DNA of 64,000 nt, taken from Paramoeba atlantica. Taxonomy: Eukaryota; Protista; Discosea. A program made the position numbers and the translations under genes. Positions 1 through 9,959 of the stretch are shown here, in pieces (position 1 is the stretch's first letter; every line of letters starts with the position of its first letter). The stretch lies in contig CDRNVI010000170.1 in the NCBI GenBank assembly GCA_977017575.1, positions 62,001 to 126,000 of the forward strand, written 5' to 3'. The notes under the pieces are model-generated. The model searched no databases and was not told the origin of the DNA. It saw nothing but the letters and a program-made list of their open reading frames with translations.

Positions 1-302
1 TGTCTGTCTGCAGCTCTGACAAACCTGAAACCCCAAGGGGAATATGCGCATAGCGCCAATCAAAACACTATCTCTTGAAGAGTTGAAACATCTTGCTGCT
101 GAGCTGTTGAGCAACAGGGATGTGTTGTTTTTATAAGGACTAACACTTGTGCAGCATCATTTGATAATTCTTTCCACCATTAAAATGAATAACTGGGAAG
201 CCATTCTCAGTTGAGACTCTGGCTCTCTCTGCTAGACTTGTGACCATCTCCCACAATATCTCATAGTCAAAGTCCTCTTCTTTCAAGAGAGAATTGTCTT
301 CC

Positions 303-706
303 TGTTATGAACCCTGTTCAGTTGTCTTCTGTTCAATTTGATGCCATCTTATTGCTCTACTCCCCCAATTGATCACCGCCCTCTCTCTCTCTCTTTCCTT
401 CCCTCTTTTCCTTTCTGATATTCCCTTTGTTTTATTTTCCCTTTTCTTGTTTTTCCTGATGTTTATTTTTTTCCTTTCCTGATTTGATTTTGTCCATGTT
501 TCCTTCCACAAAAACACCATTTCTGAATCCTTTTTGTTTCTATCACACCCCCCATCTCAACTGTCACCGCTCCCACATTTTCTCTCTTGTTCAAATGTTC
601 CCTTTGTTTGTTTATCTTGAATAAAACCCACATTTTCGATTTGATCTTTGGATTGGGTTTCGTTTTTGTTTTGTTTGTCCTTCCGGAGATCTGGTCGATC
701 CTGACA
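303..706 (-). mobile_element. Solo LTR (family A), copy 1
   Basis: The reverse complement begins TGTCAGGATCG and ends GTTCATAACA (TG...CA). It aligns along its length with 16906-17308. The flanks (cttcc/ctttg) are not a clean TSD. Confidence 0.7.
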
Positions 707-1649
707 CTTTGGGAGGTTCATCATCTTGCTGAAGATCCTTGTCATTGAGAGAGATATTCCTCTCCTCTGGGGAACTCTGTCTTCAGGAAGAGCTTCTTCC
801 CTTGGGTTGAGCTTCATTTTGGTAGCTTGCTCCAAAGTTGGTTGATTTTTCGAGGTTTTTTCGGTTTGGTGTGTGGATAATCCCAATGATCGCCATCCAT
901 GTTTACAGGCATGGCCAGGAGAGAGAAGTAAAAATAACAAGGTTGATTTCAACTCATTATTCAAATGTCGAGAGGTCCATCTCTTCTTTGACTTAGTTAC
1001 TTGATATTTTGTGTTAATGTATGTGGAGGCAAATGATTGAGAACCAGTACTTGAGTAACTTGCAAGGAAATTGAGGGTAACATTTCATAAGGTGGATGAG
1101 GTTGTTTGATGATGCCCCTCTTACTGTGGGGTGATAAGGTGAAAACACTCTTGGAAGGGTTTGTGAGGCAAAAGGAAAAAGAAAACATTTGAATGTGGAA
1201 TTTGATTTGGGAAATGAGTTGGGAAAAAGAATGAAGGTTGTTTGTTTACTTGTTGTGGTCTTATTTTTGTTTTCTTTGTCTCAAGAAACTCTTTCTTCTT
1301 CAAAATCCTTCTTCCTCTTCTTCCTCTTTTTTTTGAGAGAGAGAGAGAGGAAATTTCAAATATTTTTTTTGAAAAAACAAAAAAAAACAGGAGATGTATC
1401 AGAATGTGTGAATTTCGGAACATGTGGAGAATGAACTCGAATGTATTGTTCCAAATGTGATATGTTTATTATTTTTTTTGTGTTTTTTGGTTTTGTTTTT
1501 GAAGAGAAAACCAAAGAGAGTCAAGCCCGAGTTTTTAATGTAAAAATCGGTGGGTTGACCCATTAAAAAAACCCCATATTTTTTCAATTCAGATCAGAAA
1601 AAAAAGAAATAAATTTTTAATCAATAATTATTCAACAATTTTCTTGTGA

Positions 1650-2666
1650 CAAGCAAGAGCAAAGCGAAGGGTACAATCATGTTGATTCTCATCTTCATAA
1701 TACACACCACCAACAGATTTGAAAGTAGATTTACACCAGCCACTCGTACAAAAGCAATTTCTTCATTATTTCTTGTATCCTCTTGGCTCAACACACACAA
1801 GGGACTTTCTTCCCATCAACAATTTTTGGCCTTCCTCCACAAGACTTGTTTGTGATCAAAAAGCCTTTTTCAAGAATCAGGTCGCTTTTCGAAAATGGTT
1901 GTCAGCAACCACTGTTCCGCCCTCAAACAACCGATCAATTGTTTTGGCAGAGTAAATTAACAAATCTCCATCATACTGCTTTGGAGAGTGAGGCCCACTC
2001 ACCCACTCAGTTCCTCCTTTGGCATTACAAACTGTTACCCATCTTCTTCCTGGAGCCAGTAACTTGTGAGACCACATTTTTTTCCTCTCTTTCTTGGGAC
2101 CTTGTTTTCCCTTGATTCTAAAGTCACTCAAGTCCATCTATAAACAAACATTTTCACAAGGAGGACAGCGTTGAGTTTTTGCAGCCAGTCGTTCCACCCT
2201 TCTCCGTGAGCTCTGAACCAAGACTGTCTCTTTAGTGGGTCTAAAACAGGGGCTTGACCCTCAAACCCTTTCTTTTTGCCGCTTTTCCATGTTTTGGTGG
2301 TCACTTGGCACACCAATTCATCTTGCGAAAGGTTTTCATTAAGAGCCTCCTCAATAACCACAAAGGGTTGGGAATATATTTCCCTTTTCCTTTGGCTCTT
2401 CCAACACATTGTGGTAATGTCCTGCAACTGCATCTCAGTCGGCTTTTTTCTGAGCGTTGGGTGAGGATGTATTTACTGGTTTGGATTCCCTCAATTGCTT
2501 GCTGGTAGTTCACACCATTGTGCGTGCTCTCCTCCATTAAGTAAAAGTCCTCCTGAAGGGAAAAGGCTCGCTCTTTCCCTTTTCCTCTTGTGCTACCTCC
2601 CCCTCCTCTTCCTGATTTTTCTCTTTTTTTTTTTTGATGATCAACTTTTTTCAAACTCTTCTTCAA
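1650..2666 (-). pseudogene. Decayed DDE transposase, PIF/Harbinger-IS5 (DDE_Tnp_4)-like
   Basis: Frameshifted pieces VDLSDFRI..WSHKL..WVSGPHSPKQYD..VVADNHF..LSQEDTRNNEEIAFVR follow the order of the IDGT / YS.KK / VS..GS.HD / LAD.GY / N..I...R..VE motifs. No TIRs were identified. Confidence 0.5.
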
Positions 2667-2794
2667 ACCTGCAAATTTGTTTCTGAAAGGAGGTGTTGTT
2701 GATTTACCAAAACCAAAGAAAGGAGTGATTTATTGTGATGGTGGTGGTGATTCGATTCGATTTGTTTTCTTTATTTTCCTTTGAGGAATGAATC

Positions 2795-3330
2795 TATAGG
2801 GTGAGTGTGAACAGTGATGGGAATCTTTTTATTTGTGAAGATGATGATGATGGATTGAGTGTGAGAGATAAAGAAGGAAATGAGACAATTGAATATCAAC
2901 AAAACAATTGATTCAATTCAATTGGAATCTTATGATGGTTTCAATTGGATTGAATGATCTAATTCAGTGTTGTTCTTGATTGGTCTCAAGATTCTTTTCA
3001 GGTTGTAATCTTAAACAAAGAAGGAGATTTGGTCAAATCTTTTGGATCAAAAGGTTCTGAAGATGGTCAGTTTGATGAACCATGATGTGGTGTGGGTGTT
3101 GTGGGTGAAGAAGGTTGAATTATTGTTGCTGATACTTCCCATCATTGAATTCAAGTGTTTGTTTGATAATGATGGATCTTTTCTTCATTCTTTTGGTTCA
3201 GAACATTCTTCTGAAAGGTCAGTTTAACAATCCTTACAATGTTGGTGTTGATGGGGGGATGGGGATATTGTTGTTTCTGATGATGGGGAGGGTAGAATTA
3301 TTGTTTGTGATTCAGAAAATGTGTTTTTAG
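2795..3330 (+). pseudogene. NHL-repeat (beta-propeller) protein remnant
   Basis: Interrupted frames give GVSVNSDGNLFIC, GDLVKSFGSKGSEDGQFDEP, ADTSHH.IQVF and DNDGSFLHSFGS..GQFNNPYNVGVD, which are typical NHL repeats. Stops and frameshifts are present. Confidence 0.7.
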
Positions 3331-3551
3331 AAAGAAAGAACATTACTTTTTTCGTTTGGTGATTTTCACATAAACAAACCTCATTTTTGGGGTTGTTGTT
3401 GATTCATTTTGGATCAATTATTATTTCAGATTTTAAGAAGAATTTAAAATTGAATTGTGGAACTGATTTGGAAGAGAGGACAGGATTTTTATTATTCTTT
3501 TTCATTTTCTTCCTTTTTATTTTCTCTTCTTCAAGAGGGTTTTTGTTTTTT

Positions 3552-3565
3552 TGATTTTTTTGATT
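3552..3565. repeat. Target-site duplication (left) of CRE-like copy 1, TGATTTTTTTGATT
   Basis: An identical 14-mer lies at 6151-6164. Boundaries are slightly ambiguous because they adjoin the poly(T). Confidence 0.75.
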
Positions 3566-6150
3566 TTTTTTTTTTTTTTTTTTTTTTTTGGAGATGAAAG
3601 AGATTTTTATTCGAAAAAGATGGTCGTAAGAGAAGGGAATGGTTGCACATTTGGCAGAATATCTCACCCAGTGAGAGGAGGAACTGCAGAAAAAGGGGGT
3701 AGTACGTGTGGAAAAGAAGAGGGGGGAATGGAAATGTCATTTAGATTGAGAGATGATGAGAAGCACAGAGAATGATGGGTCAAAAGGGGGTTGCTGGGTT
3801 TTAGATTTTCCCGTATGCTCATCATGTGGTTTGCCATTGCTTTCATTAGTGCAGCTGAAATCTTCTTCTTTGCTGTTCTCAAGAAGAGGGGGAGGGGGTT
3901 GGCATCCAGGACCCGGTCGTTTTGGAGGGCAATTGAAGCGAGGGACCGTAGGAGTGCACTAATGTCAGGGGATATTCCACCACCTGAGGATGAAGATGCT
4001 GGAAGGAAGATGACTTCACCTTGGCGATCGGAAAGAGTTATTTGTTTAAGGGTCCGTTTCTCCTCAGGGGTGTCTCTGTCCCTTCCTGCATTAAAGTCTG
4101 TTTCAGTCAGACGTCTGTCCACATATTCTCTGCGTTTTATGATCCTGGCATGGTGTGCAGGTGAGAGGGTGTCGAGTGTGGGGTCAGAGTAGGTTTTGGT
4201 GGGTGTTTGGATCACACAACGAAAGCGGGGGGTTATGTGGGTTGACACAACTCGAACATCAATACACAGATCCTGGTCGCCTTGCCACTCACAGATTGTA
4301 AGATCAGGTTGCTTGTGTGACTTCCCAATTGGCTGGTAGGCTCCGTCTCGGATTGTTGTTTTTCCTGCCCAGTTGGCAATGTTCTTGAGTTCTTTCACGG
4401 AGAGCATGGTGTCTTCTCGGGTTCCTCTTCCACGACTGGTGCAGTCTGAGAGGTGGAGGGAGGATGCAGCACAGAGTTCTTTTTCACAAAATCCACACTT
4501 GACAGTCCCAAGTTCACAGAGAGCCCCAAGGTGTGGGTCAATGATGTCAAGCCTACATCGGTAGGCTGAGCGAAAATCTTCAGCATTTAAGGCTCGATAT
4601 GGCTTTGGCTCAGAGGTGTCCTTGTCTGGGTAGGCTGTCATCCACAAGTGGGTGGTGGGGCCAACCTCATTCTCACGGATTGCACAGCAGAGGTTTTTAT
4701 CTTGTGTTGGGTCCATGATCTTCTTTTTGACATCCTGAAGTTCACAGGAGGTGAACTTCTTCTGTGGTTTGTAGTTTTCTCCAGTGCCCATTGAGTCAGA
4801 TGGTGGCTCTGTCAATCGAGTTAGGAGCTCATGGACAGAGGTACCACTTGGCAGTTTCCACTCGCTCAAGATGAAGCTTTCAAAATGGTCATATGCTTGG
4901 TGGAGAGCCTGGCACTGGGGTGAGTCACTCTTCCAGAAGTCTTCAAAGAGGTTGATAAGTTCAGGTTTGAACTCAGAGCAGGATCAGTAAACTGAGATCC
5001 AGGAGCCAAGGAAGGCTGCTTGGTGGGTGTTCTGAGAGTAGCTCAAGCCACCACCACCTTTTGACTTTGGAAGGCCTGCAGCTTCTACTTGAGAGAGATG
5101 GAGTTCTTTGTTTGGATGCAGGTGGGGGACTTGGAGGAGGTTGAGGAGGTAATTGATGTTTGTTGTAGTGGTTTGCTTGATGAAGTCTTGGAAAGGGGTT
5201 AAAGAGAGAGGTGTTGTGCGACAGATGTATGTTAGTTTGGGTGTGATGGTTTTGACAAAAAGCTCAAGACTTTCATGGGGGTTGGAGAACATTATTAAAC
5301 AGTGGTCTTGCGATGCTTGTTGGTATTCTTGAGCAAGGGTATGAAGCCGCTTGGAAATTTGAGTGTTCGGCCCAATGGGTGACCCTAGAACTGTGATTAC
5401 TTCCGCCTTCCCAATGCCAAGATTTTTGAGGTCATTGCTCCTGGGCGCTTCGGGAGAGAAACAGACCATTTTGCCCCTTTCTGTGCCAAGTTTGAGGTTG
5501 GCATTTGGGAGGACACTCTGGATCTGAGTGGTGATTTCTGCAATGGCAACCAGGCTCCCACAAACAAATATATCATCAACAAAGAGGAGAAGAAGAAGTG
5601 CATTCAGTGGAGCATCAACCTTCTGAAAGATTGGATTAAGGACTCCATGAAATCCCAGACAGAAGAAAATTGTCCCGAGGGGATCTCCTTGCTGGACACC
5701 CTCCTCCATGGTGAGGGTGTGGTTCCGGTCATGAGAGAGGAGGGGTGTTGCTGAAGAATAGAAGGTGTAGAGGTATGGAAGTAATACAGGGGCCAGCTGG
5801 ACTGTGCTCTCAAAGATGGTTTTTCTTGAGATGGAATTGAAGGCATTAACAATGTCCAGTTTCGCGGCATAATGTTGTGGGTGGAGGTGGAGATAGGCTG
5901 TGATATTGCTTTGTGGACCATTTCTGCACCACTTGGCAAGCATACACCATATTGGTGGGACAATTTCTCAGGAATTCCCTCGTGTTGGACTTCAAGAACA
6001 AGTGCAATCACTGCCCACCTCTTGAGAACTTCAGCAACACCAATTGGACGGATCCCTTTGTCCCCTTTTGCCAGAGGAATGAAGAGAGAGGTTGCCATGA
6101 TGTTGTGTATGGTTTCATTGAGTCTTTGGTTGGTGATTAAGACTGTCAAT
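3566..6150 (-). mobile_element. CRE-clade non-LTR retrotransposon, 5'-truncated copy 1
   Basis: Poly(A) tail (poly-T 3564-3589) with AATAAA just upstream. RT motifs RPIGVAEVLKR, QYGV..GAEMVH, KLDIVNAFNSISR, GVQQGDPLG and FVDD are followed by CGFC..H..C and KQPDL...CIDV (RLE endonuclease). A 14-bp TSD is present. Homology to copy 2 ends at gtcaatt (~6151). Confidence 0.9.
3664..6149 (-). pseudogene. RT-zinc knuckle-RLE ORF of copy 1 (frameshift ~5900, premature TGA at 4984)
   Basis: ORF pieces 5604-6149, 4984-5943 and 3664-4869. Copy 2 has CGA where this copy has TGA. Confidence 0.85.
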
Positions 6151-6164
6151 TGATTTTTTTGATT
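6151..6164. repeat. Target-site duplication (right) of CRE-like copy 1
   Basis: TGATTTTTTTGATT, identical to 3552-3565. Confidence 0.75.
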
Positions 6165-6211
6165 GATTTTTTTAGTAATCCTTCTTATTTTTTTTTCACT
6201 CTTTCAACAAA

Positions 6212-6283
6212 TCCCCGATAGTATAGTTGGCAAAATCCCCGCCTGTCACGCGGGAGTCCCGGGTTCGATTCCCGGTCGGGGAG
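6212..6283 (+). tRNA. tRNA-Asp: tRNA-Asp(GUC)
   Basis: Acceptor TCCCCGA/TCGGGGA, anticodon arm CCCGC-CTGTCAC-GCGGG, T-loop GTTCGATT. Confidence 0.88.
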
Positions 6284-7061
6284 GATTTTTTTCTCTTTCT
6301 TTTTATTTTTATTTTTTTTTGTTCAAAAAGATCAAGTGATATGGTTTTTTCTTTTTTTCCTTTTTCTTTTTTTCTCTCCTCTTCTCTTTTTTTTCTATTT
6401 TTATTTTTTGATTCTTTCTCCTTTTTTCTGATTTCTTTGAACTCACATAATGAAAAGGGTCTCTGTTTTGCAAACTCCAATGTGTGTGACTCTATTTGTT
6501 GTGAAGGAAGTTAAATTTTGATCATAGTTCAACTTCAATTGGTTTCTTCTGTTGGAAAGTGAACAATCACCATATATTCACCCTTGACAACAATCATTCT
6601 CTTGCCAACAAAAAATTGAAATTTCGTTTCCAGATCAAAAGTTGTTTCCTCTCAATGAGTTGTTTCAAAAATTTTGGTCCATTCTCCAATCTCTTTTTCA
6701 TGAACATCAATCTCAAAACTACTTTGTTGTGCAATGGAGGAGGGAGGGCCTTTCAGTTTTTGGAGAAAGTTTTTTATCCCTTTTCTGTTTCTTTCCAAGC
6801 AATTTGTTCCCATCCCCCCCAAAAAAAGTTTTTTTTTTTCTGAGACAGAGTCAGCTAAATTTATTCAGCTCACAAATAAAATTTTAAAGAAATGTCTTCG
6901 GGGAATTTCTCCCCCCCCCCCCCCCAAAAAAAAAGAGAAAAACAGAGAAAACCAAATTTTTCCAAAATGAATTTGAGTGTCACACAAACAAACTTCAATT
7001 GGAGCAAAAGAGTGTTTGAGGAAACTTTTTTCTTTTTTCTTTTGAAAATTAAAAAAAAAAA

Positions 7062-7125
7062 GCCACTAAAGGGGCTTGAACCCTTGACCACTAGGTTAAA
7101 AGCCTAGTGCTCGAGCTATAGTGGC
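7062..7125 (-). pseudogene. tRNA-Lys(UUU) with deleted D-loop
   Basis: Reverse complement GCCACTATAGCTC^GAGCACTAGGCTTTTAACCTAGTGGTCAAGGGTTCAAGCCCCTTTAGTGGC. The D-stem halves are directly fused; the other arms pair. Confidence 0.8.
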
Positions 7126-7324
7126 ATTTGTTGAAAAAAAGGTCAAATTTTTAGTGTGATGGGGGCTGATTTTGATGGAAGAAGGAAAAAGAAGAAAAAG
7201 ATCGGCAAACAAGGAAAAAAAAAAGATTTTTAATTCCTTCTTGAGCAAAACAACAAAGACAAAAGAAAACCCATTCAGTCAGCGAGATTTATCTTTTTTT
7301 CAACTTTTTTTTCAAAAAAAAAAT

Positions 7325-7397
7325 TGCTCATTACAGGGATCGAACCTGTGACCTCCGCGTTATTAGCACGGCGCTCTACCGACTAAGCTAAACGAGC
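7325..7397 (-). tRNA. tRNA-Ile: tRNA-Ile(AAU)
   Basis: Reverse complement GCTCGTTTAGCTTAGTCGGTAGAGCGCCGTGCTAATAACGCGGAGGTCACAGGTTCGATCCCTGTAATGAGCA forms a full cloverleaf. Confidence 0.9.
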
Positions 7398-7653
7398 ATT
7401 TCTGAAAAATGACCCAATTTTTTGGCTTTCCAGCCAGAAAAATTTCTGGAGAAACAGAAAAACAAAGTGAAAAAACAAAGAAAAGAGCAGAAAAAGGAAA
7501 AAAACAAAAATGAAAAAAGTGATTGGAGAAAATGAAGGTGAAAATCACTTTTTATTGTTAATTGACTCCATTTTTTTTTCTTTTTCAAGGGAAGGGAAAA
7601 CCTTTTCAAAAGTAAAATCGAATGATTTTTTTTCATTCAAAAAAAAATAATAG

Positions 7654-7836
7654 ATGTTAATCACGTGTGAGAAAAATGGACTTTAATCGTCGAGGGTGCT
7701 TTTTGCCTCGAGACTTGGATTCTGACGTCGAGGTCCATCAACTTGTTGATGGACAGAGACCCAAAGAATCCAAGTCGAGAAAGGAAAAAAGCACCAGAGA
7801 CTTGATTGACCATTTTTCTCACACGTGATTCAACAT
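7654..7836 (+). other. 183-nt imperfect palindrome/foldback with periodic G·A internal loops
   Basis: Paired blocks: 7659-7679/7810-7830 (21 bp), 7695-7704/7786-7795, 7712-7723/7765-7776 and 7733-7742/7745-7754. The apex is C-TT-G. Confidence 0.9.
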
Positions 7837-7861
7837 TTAATCATCTTTTCCATGCTGCAAA
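7836..7861 (+). repeat. Left inverted repeat flanking the tyrosine recombinase gene
   Basis: TTTAATCATCTTTTCCATGCTGCAAA matches the reverse complement of 9197-9222 at 25/26 positions. Confidence 0.85.
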
Positions 7862-7953
7862 GGAATTTTCAAAAAAAAGTTTTCTTGGAAATTAATCATT
7901 CATGTTGGTTGTCACAATTATTTGATTTTCTTTTCATTTTCATTTTTTCAAAA

Positions 7954-9081
7954 ATGGCGCAACACCAAATGTCAACTCGAGAGGAAAGACGAAGGAGGGT
8001 TGAAAACGGGGTCCCTGACCATGCAAAAGCCCTGACTGTTGACAACTGTGGGTTTGATCGATCTCGTAGGGCTGTTGAAGACTTTTTCGATCGACGAACC
8101 CCAGCACCAACAAGACGAGCAGTTCTCCATGCGGGTGCGCGTTTCGAAAACTTTCTTCAGCTGAAGACAGATGCTGGGTTGGATTATTCAATTAACGAAA
8201 AACTTTTAATTGAGTTTTTTGAGTCGTATCTCTGGTATTTGATCCACCCCCGAACACACGTGTGTGTCTTTGACTGTGGATCTTTTTTTCCAATCGTTGC
8301 ATACACAAAACGGTTCATCTACCTAAAATACGCGGTTGACCTTGGGCCGTGTCGTGAACTCAACAGACTCTTGAAAAAGGAAACCTTTGGGCACCAACCA
8401 ATGAAAAAGGAAATCTTCACTCTTGAGGAGTTGACCAAGTTTGTGGAACGGAAACCGCAAGATGGAGGAGAAAGACAAGAGTCCCTTTTGGTGCTGTGTT
8501 CCTTTTTTGGTTTGGGACGATCTGCTGAGGTCATCATGATGACGAAAGAAACTGTTTTGGTGAAAAGCGATTCTGTTGTTTTTTCTCTTTTCCGTTGTGC
8601 GAAGTCAAGGACCTTTCGAACCACAAAAGTTGTTGTCCCAAATGTTGGAAAGTTCGATACCGCTCGTGAATTTGCTGCCCACCTGGCTTCAATTCCTGAC
8701 AAACCTCGTTTGTGGTGGACCTGGAGACAAGGGAAGTTTGTTGAGCAACCAATGGGGAAGAACCAAATCACAGTGATTGCAAAGAAGGTTGCACTCTTTC
8801 TGCAGAAAGATCCTCCACTGTATGCTTCACACTCTTTCCGCCGATCCGGGGCTACAGCAATGGTTGAAGGGGGAGCCTCCACTGATCAACTGATGGTGTC
8901 TGGGGCTTGGGCTTCCCAACGTGTTGCACATGGTTATATTCAAGATTCTGACCGAGCTGCCAGAGAAAGAACAGAGATCTTGACTTCAACTTCTTCAAGT
9001 TCTCAATCGAGCTCATCTTCTGGGGTTCAACTGACCATTAATTTGGGAGATCTTGTCTCTCGAGAGAGGTTGGGTCATTAA
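7954..9081 (+). CDS. Tyrosine recombinase (phage-integrase fold), 375 aa
   Basis: Intact ORF from ATG 7954 with the catalytic set GLGRSAE (R), AKS (K), HSFRR (HxxR), GAW (W) and HGYI (Y). Confidence 0.9.
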   Translation: MAQHQMSTREERRRRVENGVPDHAKALTVDNCGFDRSRRAVEDFFDRRTPAPTRRAVLHAGARFENFLQLKTDAGLDYSINEKLLIEFFESYLWYLIHPRTHVCVFDCGSFFPIVAYTKRFIYLKYAVDLGPCRELNRLLKKETFGHQPMKKEIFTLEELTKFVERKPQDGGERQESLLVLCSFFGLGRSAEVIMMTKETVLVKSDSVVFSLFRCAKSRTFRTTKVVVPNVGKFDTAREFAAHLASIPDKPRLWWTWRQGKFVEQPMGKNQITVIAKKVALFLQKDPPLYASHSFRRSGATAMVEGGASTDQLMVSGAWASQRVAHGYIQDSDRAARERTEILTSTSSSSQSSSSSGVQLTINLGDLVSRERLGH

Positions 9082-9196
9082 TGTTAATGAGCAATGTCAA
9101 CAATAAATACTGATAATGTCTTGAAATTCAATTATTTTTCATAATTGCAAGGGAACAAAAGACCATTTATTTCTGAATTTGGGCAAACTCAGTGAG

Positions 9197-9222
9197 TTTG
9201 CTGCATGGAAAAGATGATTAAA
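9197..9222 (-). repeat. Right inverted repeat flanking the tyrosine recombinase gene
   Basis: TTTGCTGCATGGAAAAGATGATTAAA. It overlaps a small perfect palindrome GCAAACTCA-G-TGAGTTTGC at 9183-9201. Confidence 0.85.
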
Positions 9223-9290
9223 GAAAAAATTGTTTTCAGGCAAAAAAAAAAAGAGGAAAAAATTCAAAAACAAAACAAAGAAAAAAAATT

Positions 9291-9374
9291 CGTCGGAAGC
9301 AGGATTTGAACCTACGCCCCGTTTCCAGGATGTGATTTCTAGTCACACGTCTTAGACCACTCGACCATTCCGAC
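9291..9374 (-). tRNA. tRNA-Ser: tRNA-Ser(AGA)
   Basis: Reverse complement GTCGGAA..TGTGA-CTAGAAA-TCACA, long variable arm, GTAGGTTCAAATCCTGC, TTCCGACG. Confidence 0.9.
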
Positions 9375-9379
9375 ATTTC

Positions 9380-9407
9380 ATAAAAAATAAATGAAAAAAA
9401 GGAAAGG

Positions 9408-9444
<37 letters not shown>

Positions 9445-9927
9445 GAAAAGAAAAAAAAAAAAAAAAGAAGAAAGAAAAAGAAAAAGAAAAATAGAAAAAA
9501 ATACATTTGAACAAGATTTGTGAGTTGAGTGGTCCTGTGAATGGATTCTTACTGAAATACCTACAAAGAAAAAAGAAAGAAAAAAGAAAGAAAAAAGAAA
9601 GAAAGAAGAGGGAAAGAAAAGAAATAAGAGAAGAGAAAAAGAAAAGGAAAGGAAAAGAAAGAAAAGGAAAAGAAAAAAGAAAAAATAAAAAATAAAAAAT
9701 AAAAAATAAAAAATAAAAATAAAATAAAAAAAAACATGATTTGGACCTCTAGAAAGAGAAGAGAGAGAAGAGAGAGAAGAGAGAGAGGGAGAGAAAAGAG
9801 AGAGAGGGAGAGAAAAGAGGAGATAGAGAGGAAAGGGGAGAGAGAAAGAGAGAGAAGAAAGAAAAAGTTCAAAGAAAAAGAAAAAGAAAAAAGAAAAAAG
9901 AGAGAGAAAAATTAAAAGAAAAAGAAA

Positions 9928-9959
<32 letters not shown>

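Larger units (their letters stand above)
7836..9222 (+). mobile_element. Putative IR-bounded tyrosine recombinase element (Crypton-like or invertible cassette)
   Basis: A single YR ORF lies between 26-bp inverted repeats. There is no RT, DDE transposase or evident TSD. Confidence 0.6.
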
